This document shows, piece after piece, positions 19,784 to 28,250 of a stretch of 64,000 bases of DNA (its first letter is position 1; each line of letters opens with the position of its first letter). The position numbers and the translations under genes were made by a program. Source of the DNA: a virus (lineage: Duplodnaviria; Heunggongvirae; Uroviricota; Caudoviricetes); the IMG/VR virus record IMGVR_UViG_3300007770_000878; one strand, 5' to 3'. Under the pieces are notes generated by a model. It did no database searches, was not told where the DNA came from, and saw only the letters and a list, made by a program, of their open reading frames with translations.

Positions 19784-20428
19784 CTAGAGTTCGTAGCCAA
19801 GTAGTTGTAACGTCTCGCGGTCTAACTTGCTGTCCGCATAAGCTTTCTGCCCTGGCAACAGCTGCTGATTCCGTTTTTGGTAAGCTGAAGTCGGCTTCAG
19901 ATTAGGCCGCACACTACGGTGCTCCAACTGCCAATCTGTATGAAGGCGGGGCAAGTCGAATGCTTTTTCGACGCGAGCTAATACCTTGCCTTGGTCTGCT
20001 TCCAGTTCTTCCTGGGTAACTTGCTGCAAAATGGCTGGGTCGTCTGAAAGCGTTAGCCAGTGCTTGTTGAGTTCGTTGTAGGCTTTGAACGGACACCCTT
20101 GATAGGTGTTGGAGTATTTGAGCAAGTCGTCCATATTCCGACGAAATCCGCCTTGCCGGTTCTCCCAACGCAACTGCGAGAAGAACCAAGTGTATGGATG
20201 TTTGGTACAGATAACGAAGCGGATGTCCTCTGCAACCATGTTACGCTCAGGTAGATTTACCTTGCGGTTCTCGATTTTGTTTCTGCCGTGTTTCCAACTG
20301 TCACCTTCGTTCGACCAGACGGTGCAATCGAAATTTCGCTGTAGCAACAGCATGGTGAGGTTGGTGCAAGTACGTGTCAGCCCGTAGATCTTGATGCAAC
20401 GCTTGGCCACATTAGCCTCCAAAGGCAA
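19784..20428 (-). CDS. hypothetical protein (214 aa)
   Basis: ORF. A weak resemblance to sulfotransferase-like folds is not supportable. Confidence 0.45.
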   Translation of the reverse strand: MPLEANVAKRCIKIYGLTRTCTNLTMLLLQRNFDCTVWSNEGDSWKHGRNKIENRKVNLPERNMVAEDIRFVICTKHPYTWFFSQLRWENRQGGFRRNMDDLLKYSNTYQGCPFKAYNELNKHWLTLSDDPAILQQVTQEELEADQGKVLARVEKAFDLPRLHTDWQLEHRSVRPNLKPTSAYQKRNQQLLPGQKAYADSKLDRETLQLLGYEL

Positions 20429-21251
20429 TAGGAACTAGATTAGCCACCATACCTGCCCACATACCGGTACTTTTTAGCCGGTCCTGCGTAGACGGCGGCA
20501 TTCCCATCATAGTGCCGAGGGCTTTACCGACAAGGGCCCCAGAGAGGTAACCCGAGCCCATACCTGCGGCCATACGTCCAATATCCATTGGTGTGACAAA
20601 GTTCACATTACGTCGGCCCGGCAGATTAGCGGCTCCGGTAACAAGCCCGGTGGCTGCAGCTTGAACGGCCGGTGAGAGAGGTCGCGACACTCGAGGATCT
20701 TTCCAGATGATCTGGTTGAACTCGTTAACTGGGATCGGTGTAAAGGAACCCTCCAGGCCTGTATTATCATAGGACTGTTTGATCTCATCGTGAACCGCTG
20801 TCTTCTCTCCCTGGTACGGAGAAGCCGGTCCTGTGATTAGCGAGGGGTCGTTGAAGTTGCGATCATCCCCCATGTTTACCATGCCCCAGGCGGCTCCGGG
20901 AGCCATTCCGGCTCCGGCACCCAGTAGGGCGAGGGTTCGGCGAAGTCGTCTACGTTTCCATTCCTTGGGTAAGACAGCTTCGCCAACAGTACCCAGACCG
21001 TAGCCTAGAGCACCGCCAGCCATGCCGCTGACCAGCATTGAGGCCAACGGGGAGGGGGCGTTGGGTATGCCGCCAGGAAACTTGCCCGGCAACAAATTCA
21101 TGGATTCGCCTAAAGTACGCAACGTGGGCGAGTAGGCGTCCTTTTCAAACGCCTCAAGGATTTCGGCTCGTTTCTCGTTAAAGAGAGCCACAGCCGTCTC
21201 GGGCACACGTTGCCATTCAATTAGCTCGCGAGTCTTTTCCAGTAGGTCCAT
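20412..21251 (-). CDS. Gly-rich putative membrane protein (279 aa)
   Basis: ORF with Gly/Ala-rich hydrophobic stretches (GxxxG-like). It starts 7 nt downstream of the conserved 18-nt motif copy 1. Confidence 0.5.
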   Translation of the reverse strand: MDLLEKTRELIEWQRVPETAVALFNEKRAEILEAFEKDAYSPTLRTLGESMNLLPGKFPGGIPNAPSPLASMLVSGMAGGALGYGLGTVGEAVLPKEWKRRRLRRTLALLGAGAGMAPGAAWGMVNMGDDRNFNDPSLITGPASPYQGEKTAVHDEIKQSYDNTGLEGSFTPIPVNEFNQIIWKDPRVSRPLSPAVQAAATGLVTGAANLPGRRNVNFVTPMDIGRMAAGMGSGYLSGALVGKALGTMMGMPPSTQDRLKSTGMWAGMVANLVPIAFGG

Positions 21252-21258
21252 GGTTTCT

Positions 21259-21276
21259 CTGATAGCTAAAAAAAGG
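21259..21276 (-). promoter_or_regulatory. conserved 18-nt intergenic motif copy 1 ('CTGATAGCTAAAAAAAGG' on plus; 'CCTTTTTTTAGCTATCAG' in gene orientation)
   Basis: Identical 18-mer at three sites. It lies 7 nt upstream of the start at 21251 and overlaps the stop of the upstream gene. Confidence 0.55.
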
Positions 21277-24200
21277 TCATACGTACGGACGACTCAGCTG
21301 CGGGGTTGCTGGCATCATGTGCAACACCCGATCAAGGGGATTGGACATGATGGGATCGTAACCCTCAAGACTGGCCAAGGCTCGTTGCCAACGTTGCCCC
21401 ATCGGAGCCAAGGCCAGGTTGAGGCTATCAGTATTATAGGCTTTGGCGACGTTTTGCCGACCCTGTATTAACAAGGCGTTGATGTAGTTGCTAGCGTTAC
21501 GCAGAGCAGACTGGTCGCCTCGGTAAAGGTGTGCAGGGTTTACTTGGGAGAAGGCTCGCAGGTAGTGCGAATCTGTGCTGTGCTTGACTTCAGGTACTGT
21601 TGGCTGCTCAGCAGCTTCCCTGGCTTTCTCTACTGCCCGGTGAGTGTAGTAGGTTCCGACGCCGCCTTTGGCACCGCCTAAGATAGGCCCAGCAACACCA
21701 AGGGTACTACCGATTTGACCAGACAACGCTTGCGATAAGGGCTGCATCGTAACTAGCCGCCGCAACGCGTTGGCACTGCCTACGGCGGCTTGGGCCGCGT
21801 GACGGCCCACACTACGGCCACCAGCAATACCTGCTGCTGTCCACAATGGGATGTTATATTTCTCCGGGATAACTGTAGACCATTCCAGCGGCTTTTGGAT
21901 GATCGGGTCGTGTAGAATGTCGCCTGGAGTTTGCCAGTCGCCTTGGCCCATCCGGTAGCCGCCGTAACCGGCACCGCCTACGACGCCTGCGGTGCCCAAC
22001 GCGGTTCGGCGATTTGCGGTTAGCAGTTTGTTCCACAAGTAGTCGTTAGCCTTCCGACCAAGCTTTGACTGCCAGCGAAGTAGGTGCTTGACGCCAGGTA
22101 GTGTCAGAAGTCTAGCAAGTGAGGCTTCTTTTTCCAGGGCTGTGTGCTCGTCGGGATCTATTCCGATCCCGAGTTCAGCGAGTTTTTCAGACGTGAGTCC
22201 GAGGTCTGGCTGGACGAGAATTGATTTTTGCCTACTACTGGCTTCTCGGTTAGTGCACGCTGCACGGACCAACCTCGCTGAAGACGCCTGGTCAATGTCT
22301 GCTGCCTGATTCCCGACTCTCTCGCCCATTGTGTCAGATGCTTGGTTTCGCCGCGAAAAGTCAAGCACACGTTGCTCCGAGTGTTTGCTGCCTGTTTCTC
22401 GAGAGGTATCCAAGTGCAATTCGTGGGACAGTAGTCTTTGTCGTTGTTCTCCCTCTCCAGCGAATAACCGTCTGGGCACGTTCCCATGTCTTCCAGAAAG
22501 TTCTCGAAGGAGTCCCGCCACCTTGCACATATCTTTATGCCTCGTCCTCCGTAGTGTTTGTAATTGTGCCGTTTTGGGTCCAGGCAGCGGCGTTTCATCC
22601 CCGCCCACACCTTGTATGTTTTCGTTCCACTTTGTCCGTGAGTCGTTCTGGATTTGTGTCCTTGCAGAAACCTGCCTAGACTGTTTCGTTGTTGCATAAG
22701 GTTGATCCTCGTGAAAAGCCAGAAAGCTCGGTGCTCGATAAGCTCCGCTAGGAAGCTGTTCTTGCGATTGGATTCGTGCAATCCTTCCGGCATAGTCTTG
22801 ATCGTTCTCGAAAAGGGACCTGCGTAACTCGTCCGTGAAACCTGTTCCTACCTTACCAATTATAGGCCCGTCAGGTGTGAGTGAGTATTCGAAGCCGCCA
22901 GCACCCGATCCTTCGTGTTTACCTTTGCCCGGAAATGCTTGGCGATAATACACGTCTACGTCTTCTAAAATTTTTCCTTTCGTGGGGGGACCGTGTAGCG
23001 GATGCATGACTACACCCTCTCGAGTAATCGGGTGCTCACCAGACTGTATTTGTTGCCAGAGTCTCTGGGCGGCTTCGGGCGTCTCTGCGGCTTCTGAGAT
23101 GTGAAACGTCTCGGGCGGTAGGTGCTCAAGAACTTTTCGAATCATATCCCTACGCTCGAGCCGGGGAGTCACATGCCAGTCGATTGGTTTGTTGCCTAGC
23201 TGTTGGATATCGTAAACGGCATTTCTGAGTTTTACTTGTCGCTCTCGCTGGTCTTGGATTGATTTGGCGACGGAGGAGTTGAGCAGTCCTCCAAGTTCTT
23301 GAGGGCGGAGTACTCGCTCTCGCTGAGTTGGTCTACCGGTACCGGCGGAAAGAGCCTCTTGAAGATATTCTCCGAGTCCGTCGTCTTGGGGCCTAACAGT
23401 TCCGGGAACATCCTCCTGGTCTGCTCTCTCTGAAACTCGAGTATCTCTTTCTCGCCCTCCGTCAGGTTCAAAGCTCCCTTCCGCCAGCTGAGGTTCATCA
23501 GCAACATGGCCGCGTAGAGGGTCTCCCTTGTCAGCGGAGCCATCACCATCTCCGGATCCTCCAGGTCGCACTCCGTAGAGTTCGCCTTTAAGTACCGTGC
23601 CAACCAGGTCGTCTGGGATGTTGTAAGCGGGGAGACCATGAAGCAATCTTTCTGTGTGAAGTATCGGTCGGCCCGTTTCCTTGGACGTACGGTAGGACAT
23701 CACCTCGACGCCCTCTTTCATTAGTTTAATCAGCGAGGAGGCCCCGTCAACCTTTGCCTCCAGAGTATCGCCTTTTTGCATTTGGCCGATGTACTTGTCG
23801 ACCTGCTCCGCTGGAATCTTTTTGTACCGTACTTTCTCGTACGGCAATTGCTCAGTCGGGGTCTTGTTGATAAGCAACCAGTCTTTATCTTTCCAGCCCT
23901 TCGGTTTGATCATCACGAAGCGTTGCGGGTGCTTCTTGTGGGCCATGGTGAAGTGGATAGATTCCGGACTGGCTTTGGTAATGAGAAGTTTGCCATCCTC
24001 TTGTTTCTTAACCCGTCCAGCCCCATAGCGTCCGCTAGGAATTGTGCCCTCCCAATCTTTGTACTTGTAGGAGTGCATGGGCTGCTGGAATAGGGCGGTT
24101 CGTCCGCCAATGCCGGGCATCGGTTTTCTGGTTGCCCAGGAGAAGAGCCCTTTGGGGTCTCCGAATCGGAAATCAAAGTGAGGGCCAGCTCTCTCGGCAA

Positions 24201-24474
24201 GATGCCGTTGGATAACGAAGTCCAGTAACTGCGGAGAAACTCTAGATAGGTCGCCATAGTACTTTCGGTCTGGAATGCCTTTCGCGTCTTCACCCCTCTT
24301 TTCGTGAATTTCCCCATGGAGGCGATTTTCCCGAACGGGAAGATACGAAAGAAGTTCTGGCCACAAACCCCCTGTTAGGGGTGATGATACCTTCTCCAAA
24401 TTCCCGATCGGGAATCCGAGCATAGACATCTCTTCGGCGTCAGTGCTGAGTTCAGGCAGCAAGATATTGGGCAT
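21277..24474 (-). CDS. LigD-like 3'-phosphoesterase (PE) domain + ATP-dependent DNA ligase. The track ORF (1065 aa) continues without a stop into a Gly-rich C-terminal region
   Basis: PE domain: 'HFDFRFGDPKGLFSWATRKPMPG...DWEGTIPSGRYGAG' matches LigD PE 'HYDFRLE..G.LKSWAVPKGPS...DFEGSIPQGHYGAG'. Ligase motif I is 'EAKVDGAS', motif III is 'VLKGELYG', motif IV is 'REGVVMH', and motif V is 'KGKILEDVDVYYRQAFPGKG'. The GTGF region is 'IIGKVGTGFTDELR'. Residues about 560-772 overlap the HNH-like ORF in another frame and look compositionally non-native (Arg/Ser/Gln-rich). Confidence 0.7.
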   Translation of the reverse strand: MPNILLPELSTDAEEMSMLGFPIGNLEKVSSPLTGGLWPELLSYLPVRENRLHGEIHEKRGEDAKGIPDRKYYGDLSRVSPQLLDFVIQRHLAERAGPHFDFRFGDPKGLFSWATRKPMPGIGGRTALFQQPMHSYKYKDWEGTIPSGRYGAGRVKKQEDGKLLITKASPESIHFTMAHKKHPQRFVMIKPKGWKDKDWLLINKTPTEQLPYEKVRYKKIPAEQVDKYIGQMQKGDTLEAKVDGASSLIKLMKEGVEVMSYRTSKETGRPILHTERLLHGLPAYNIPDDLVGTVLKGELYGVRPGGSGDGDGSADKGDPLRGHVADEPQLAEGSFEPDGGRERDTRVSERADQEDVPGTVRPQDDGLGEYLQEALSAGTGRPTQRERVLRPQELGGLLNSSVAKSIQDQRERQVKLRNAVYDIQQLGNKPIDWHVTPRLERRDMIRKVLEHLPPETFHISEAAETPEAAQRLWQQIQSGEHPITREGVVMHPLHGPPTKGKILEDVDVYYRQAFPGKGKHEGSGAGGFEYSLTPDGPIIGKVGTGFTDELRRSLFENDQDYAGRIARIQSQEQLPSGAYRAPSFLAFHEDQPYATTKQSRQVSARTQIQNDSRTKWNENIQGVGGDETPLPGPKTAQLQTLRRTRHKDMCKVAGLLRELSGRHGNVPRRLFAGEGEQRQRLLSHELHLDTSRETGSKHSEQRVLDFSRRNQASDTMGERVGNQAADIDQASSARLVRAACTNREASSRQKSILVQPDLGLTSEKLAELGIGIDPDEHTALEKEASLARLLTLPGVKHLLRWQSKLGRKANDYLWNKLLTANRRTALGTAGVVGGAGYGGYRMGQGDWQTPGDILHDPIIQKPLEWSTVIPEKYNIPLWTAAGIAGGRSVGRHAAQAAVGSANALRRLVTMQPLSQALSGQIGSTLGVAGPILGGAKGGVGTYYTHRAVEKAREAAEQPTVPEVKHSTDSHYLRAFSQVNPAHLYRGDQSALRNASNYINALLIQGRQNVAKAYNTDSLNLALAPMGQRWQRALASLEGYDPIMSNPLDRVLHMMPATPQLSRPYV
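22158..22793 (-). CDS. HNH/AP2-type homing-endonuclease-like protein (211 aa), embedded in an alternative frame of the ligase ORF
   Basis: 'TYKVWAGMKRRCLDPKRHNYKHYGGRGIKICARWRDSFENFLEDMGTCPDGYSLERENNDKDYCPTNCTWIPLEKQAANTRSN' is the signature of phage free-standing HNH/AP2-domain endonucleases ('Y..W..M..RC.......Y..YGGRGI.VC..W..F..F..DMG.RP.G.SLDRID....Y.P.NCRW....EQ..N.R'). Confidence 0.65.
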   Translation of the reverse strand: MPEGLHESNRKNSFLAELIEHRAFWLFTRINLMQQRNSLGRFLQGHKSRTTHGQSGTKTYKVWAGMKRRCLDPKRHNYKHYGGRGIKICARWRDSFENFLEDMGTCPDGYSLERENNDKDYCPTNCTWIPLEKQAANTRSNVCLTFRGETKHLTQWARESGIRQQTLTRRLQRGWSVQRALTEKPVVGKNQFSSSQTSDSRLKNSLNSGSE

Positions 24475-24506
24475 AAGGATCTCCTCCCAAAGATTCTAGC
24501 AGGCCC

Positions 24507-24545
24507 TGATAGCTAAAAAAAGGCCCCGACTTTCGTCGGGACCCA
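24507..24545 (-). promoter_or_regulatory. conserved 18-nt motif copy 2 plus adjacent hairpin (terminator-like: stem 'GGCCCCGAC TTTC GTCGGGGAC' then T7 in minus sense)
   Basis: 'ctgatagctaaaaaaagg' then 'ccccgactttcgtcggggac'. In minus sense this is a hairpin, then TTTTTTT, then 'AGCTATCAG'. The next start codon (24474) is 32 nt downstream, after SD 'GGGAGGAG'. Confidence 0.6.
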
Positions 24546-24565
24546 CTAGTGTGACTTCTCGCAGC

Positions 24566-24901
24566 CTAACTCATGAACGCGGCCAGTGGTCGCGATCGTC
24601 TGTTAAGCGACGTAGATTCGGCACGTATGGCCGCGAGCTGGCTTGCAATCTCAGGGGGGAAGAAGCCATACGGGAAGAAGTCAAGTACCCGTCTGCCCAG
24701 TTCACAGAGTGTCGGGATCTCGTTGCGGTAAAGTCCGCCTTGCTTAACTGAAATGTTGCCATTGCTGTTGGCGTATATCACATCGAACCCAAACGTATGG
24801 ATGTGACTATTCCAGTGTAAGACAAGTTGTCGGACGTCCACATCCAGGTAGTCTGGCCCGACCTCGACACTTCGCTGGCTTTGCATGAAAGCCTCCATCA
24901 T
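24566..24901 (-). CDS. hypothetical protein (111 aa)
   Basis: ORF. Lies upstream of the terminator-like hairpin at about 24523-24545. Confidence 0.4.
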   Translation of the reverse strand: MMEAFMQSQRSVEVGPDYLDVDVRQLVLHWNSHIHTFGFDVIYANSNGNISVKQGGLYRNEIPTLCELGRRVLDFFPYGFFPPEIASQLAAIRAESTSLNRRSRPLAAFMS

Positions 24902-24990
24902 CTGACGGCAATAAAAGAGGGCTTAGCATCCGAGCTAAGCCCTTACCAATTTATTGTGACGCGAAGGTCTGGCTTATTTAGATCACCATC

Positions 24991-26184
24991 TCACTGGATG
25001 ATCCCCCGGTTCTTGAGTGCCGACATGACTCGCGTGCCTGACGGGAATCGATCACACAGATAGAACGTGTGTTCGCTAATCGGTCCCAATTCCGGATCGT
25101 AGAACACTGCCGATTGACTCGGAGGGTTCGCCGACATGAGTTCCTTTCGGACGAACGTTGTGCTGGACTCGATCGCCCCGTTCACGAACACCTGCCGATA
25201 ATTCGACGGGATGCTTGCATGTACGTGGATATGACCCATGTACATAAAGTCGATCGGGTCGTCGAGGATGGCGTCGTATCGGGTAACCATCTTTTCGACA
25301 GCGTAGAACGGAATACCGCCCCAACCTTTACCCCTGAGGTTTTCACCATGGGCTAGGCAGTTACACCAATCGAACACGTAGTCGATTGCCAAGTAGTCGT
25401 CGTCCGGACAGTCTTCGTCCAACGAGCGATCGGTAGGCAGATTCCACTTGATACGCTTCCACAGCTTCTCGCCTTTCTTACCCAGCTTGAGTAAGGCAGA
25501 CTCGACCATGTGTCGACAGGTTTGGTAGGCTACGCGATCCCAGTTAGTCATGGGGTGGGCACCGTTACCGAACCGCCCGTTACGTCCGTGGTTGCCCGGG
25601 ACTGCGACGATGATCAGTTCTTTGAACTCAGCCGCCAGGGCTACGATGGCTTCAGCCATAGCACCAGGGGCGTGATACATCGCCTGCAGGAACACAGGGC
25701 TATCGATACCGTGTGCTTGCCCCAGCCGCATCATCTCACCTTCGACCATATCGCCGATGAAGTAGAGATGGCACGTATCAATACGGGCACTGCTTCGCCT
25801 GTCCCTTGTAGTAGCAATGAACTTGCTAGTGGCTTGCAGCACACGTTCGCGGGCGATGTCTTTATCGAACTTGTGCGGGCCTTTGGGCTCGTAGTGTCCG
25901 AAGTGAGCGTCACCCAAACAGAATACGGGGCGTTCCTCGCGAATGCCCTTACGCTTGTCGTCAGGGGCAACCTCGGGTGGGGCAAGCACAAATGTAACTT
26001 GCTCTCCGAGAATGTCTTTGGCCTCTTGAATGTACACAGCCGCGTCGGACTTGGCCCGCGATAGCTGTGAAGAGAGGCGTTTGTTTTCCTTGGTCAGAAG
26101 CCGCACACGGTCGTCTGCGGCTACCTGGGCCTCCTGTCCTCGAGCTTCTACCTGCTCTTTGAGGGACTGCTTCTTTTTGGCCAT
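24991..26184 (-). CDS. calcineurin-like metallophosphoesterase (397 aa), possibly Mre11/SbcD-like nuclease, with N-terminal coiled coil
   Basis: Metallophosphatase motifs in order: 'LGDAHFGH', 'FIGDMVEG', 'VPGNHGRN' and 'MGHIHVH'. Confidence 0.65.
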   Translation of the reverse strand: MAKKKQSLKEQVEARGQEAQVAADDRVRLLTKENKRLSSQLSRAKSDAAVYIQEAKDILGEQVTFVLAPPEVAPDDKRKGIREERPVFCLGDAHFGHYEPKGPHKFDKDIARERVLQATSKFIATTRDRRSSARIDTCHLYFIGDMVEGEMMRLGQAHGIDSPVFLQAMYHAPGAMAEAIVALAAEFKELIIVAVPGNHGRNGRFGNGAHPMTNWDRVAYQTCRHMVESALLKLGKKGEKLWKRIKWNLPTDRSLDEDCPDDDYLAIDYVFDWCNCLAHGENLRGKGWGGIPFYAVEKMVTRYDAILDDPIDFMYMGHIHVHASIPSNYRQVFVNGAIESSTTFVRKELMSANPPSQSAVFYDPELGPISEHTFYLCDRFPSGTRVMSALKNRGIIQ

Positions 26185-26187
26185 GGG

Positions 26188-26544
26188 TTACTTGTCAGTG
26201 CTTTCTCGGTTAGGCATGAGATTGTTGTCCTGCAAATACTTGATGAAAGTATTTGGCGAGGGCGTACGTGGCATGAAACGTTTAATCTCTTTTTGCAGCG
26301 TCCATACAGTCATTTCGGCTAATACCGGGTTGTCGCCGTCGTACCATGCCTGAATCAGCTCCATCAGTTCTGCCCACTCTTCCTCTGAGTACTCGACGCG
26401 ACCAATCTTGCGTTCAGCTCGTTGCTCTCCTGCTGCCATGATTTGCTCCAATAGGCGGGGGCTGTTCCCCTGGCTTGTTTGTGGGCCTCCTAGCTCGCCT
26501 TGTGCCGCTGTTGCGATGCGGCTCTGGAGATCTGCTTTAGTCAT
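26188..26544 (-). CDS. hypothetical protein (118 aa)
   Basis: ORF, tightly coupled to neighbours. Confidence 0.45.
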   Translation of the reverse strand: MTKADLQSRIATAAQGELGGPQTSQGNSPRLLEQIMAAGEQRAERKIGRVEYSEEEWAELMELIQAWYDGDNPVLAEMTVWTLQKEIKRFMPRTPSPNTFIKYLQDNNLMPNRESTDK

Positions 26545-26552
26545 TATGTCCT

Positions 26553-27005
26553 CTAGAACAATAGTCGAAAATACAACATCTCTCTACCAGACCATGCGAA
26601 GCTTGGGCTGTAAAGCCGAAAGCCTTGGCTGACGAGAGAATTTGCCGACGGATAGTTGTCGGCGGAAGTGTACGTCAAAACACCCGACCAACCTTGCCGC
26701 CTTGCATACGCCACTCTGGCCCGTATGAGGCGTTTTTGCAACCCCTGTCCACGATGCGAGGCAATCACCCCAGCTCGGCAGAAGTAGGCACAGTCATCGG
26801 GTTTTGTAAGATACCTGAGGCCAGCATAGCCAACAGGTGATCCGTTAGTCTTATCCCTGGCGATCCACCACCAGGTTGTACCAAACGGCTCTCGATGTAC
26901 GTCCTTGTCCGGAAAGCACTTTTCGTCCAGGCGACGGATGACCTCGGCGAGATGGTCGTTCTTGTCCCCTGGCCTGTATTCAAGTCGCACAGTGTAGTCG
27001 CCCAT
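26553..27005 (-). CDS. GNAT-family N-acetyltransferase (150 aa)
   Basis: GNAT motif A-like 'AGVIASHRGQGLQKRLIRARVAYARRQGWSGVLTYTSADNYPSANSLVSQGFR'. Confidence 0.6.
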   Translation of the reverse strand: MGDYTVRLEYRPGDKNDHLAEVIRRLDEKCFPDKDVHREPFGTTWWWIARDKTNGSPVGYAGLRYLTKPDDCAYFCRAGVIASHRGQGLQKRLIRARVAYARRQGWSGVLTYTSADNYPSANSLVSQGFRLYSPSFAWSGREMLYFRLLF

Positions 27006-27027
27006 TACTACTCCGTTAGGGTAGACG

Positions 27028-27543
27028 TTACTTGAATGCGTTCTTGCGTCGGACTCCTATGGTGATATGGAACTTGAACCTATTGTCCTTGGGCAACGCA
27101 GATAGCCCGTAGCTTTTCCGCAGGTTCTGTAGTTCGGGTGAGTGGACCTCGATCATCCACACTTTGGACATTTCGTCCCAACCATAGGGCTTCACACATT
27201 TTACCGGTCCGAGGGTGTACCGAAAAGTGTGACCGCGTTCCCTGATTTTGCCAGATCCCCCGATTTTATCGATTTCGTCCTTGCGAAAGACAGAAATATG
27301 GGCATTAAATGTCCCGCTGTCCTGTCGCGGCAGCTCTACGCCGGGTTCTTCCAGGGCGTCGAAAGCACCGTGAACAAGGGCGTTTGGGACGCTAAGCAGG
27401 CCCCAGCCGGAGTTGGAGATATAGAGTTTGCCTGCCAGCCCATACGACAGCCATGGTTTGCTGGAGACCTTCACGAAGTCGTGAGACAGCTCGTAGAGGG
27501 CCTGGCCTGGCGTCGTTACTGTACTGGGACGATACAGGCTCAC
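27028..27543 (-). CDS. 2H-family phosphoesterase (LigT/ThpR or Acb1-like 2',3'-cyclic phosphodiesterase; 171 aa)
   Basis: Two H-x-(S/T)-x motifs about 78 residues apart, 'FNAHISVFR' and 'FKFHITIGV'. This is the hallmark of the 2H phosphoesterase superfamily. Confidence 0.55.
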   Translation of the reverse strand: MSLYRPSTVTTPGQALYELSHDFVKVSSKPWLSYGLAGKLYISNSGWGLLSVPNALVHGAFDALEEPGVELPRQDSGTFNAHISVFRKDEIDKIGGSGKIRERGHTFRYTLGPVKCVKPYGWDEMSKVWMIEVHSPELQNLRKSYGLSALPKDNRFKFHITIGVRRKNAFK

Positions 27544-27989
27544 GGTTTGTTACCTCTAACTTGTTCCTGTAATGCCTGGATCTGTCGACGGATCTCTGCG
27601 ATGGTTTCGTCGTCGCGAATCTCTCGGGCGTCGTCGGCTTTCATTCGCTCGAGAATGAGTTGAATGTTTTGTGTGTTATTCGTGCTGGTACTGAGTGCCC
27701 CAGTACGTAAGTCGCGAACCTCCGCCTTGAGTTCGGCGACTGTCTGGCTCTGGTGTGAAACGTTGGCCTGAAGCTCGATCACCTTTTGAGTCATCGTGGT
27801 CAAGGATGATCCAACCCAAAGACATACACCGGTGACAAGTAACATGATGACCGCCGCGACGATCTTTTCGATCGACAACAGGCCGGACGGTTGTTCCTGA
27901 TCGTGTAGCCGATCAGCGAGCCGGTCCAAGACTTCAATGATTTTACCGTCCATGGCTGCCCCTTCTGGATGTTCATCGTGATGATTCAT
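27540..27989 (-). CDS. hypothetical membrane/coiled-coil protein (149 aa)
   Basis: One hydrophobic segment ('IVAAVIMLLVTGVCLWVG') followed by a coiled-coil-like region. Confidence 0.45.
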   Translation of the reverse strand: MNHHDEHPEGAAMDGKIIEVLDRLADRLHDQEQPSGLLSIEKIVAAVIMLLVTGVCLWVGSSLTTMTQKVIELQANVSHQSQTVAELKAEVRDLRTGALSTSTNNTQNIQLILERMKADDAREIRDDETIAEIRRQIQALQEQVRGNKP

Positions 27990-28250
27990 TCAGTTAGTTT
28001 CCATTACGAGTGCTCAACACCCCGGATTCCCCTCCCGAGGACCTACCGGCTTTTCTGACCGGTTACTGTGGCGTCTAATAGGCACACCCACCACTCCACC
28101 TCCCGTACCACGGTTGTTACCAAGTACGGTTGCCGGACGCTTGCTCGTTTCCTTTTCCGGAGCAGAGGCGTCTCCAAACCAGCCGGTGCCTTCGGCCTGT
28201 TGAACAGCCCAATAGTTTACCACGATCGCATGTGCTGCACCAATATGGAC

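Noticed and set aside
19784-20428. Possible sulfotransferase assignment for the 214-aa ORF
   Set aside because: Only a vague resemblance in one segment. No 5'-PSB/3'-PB motifs could be aligned.
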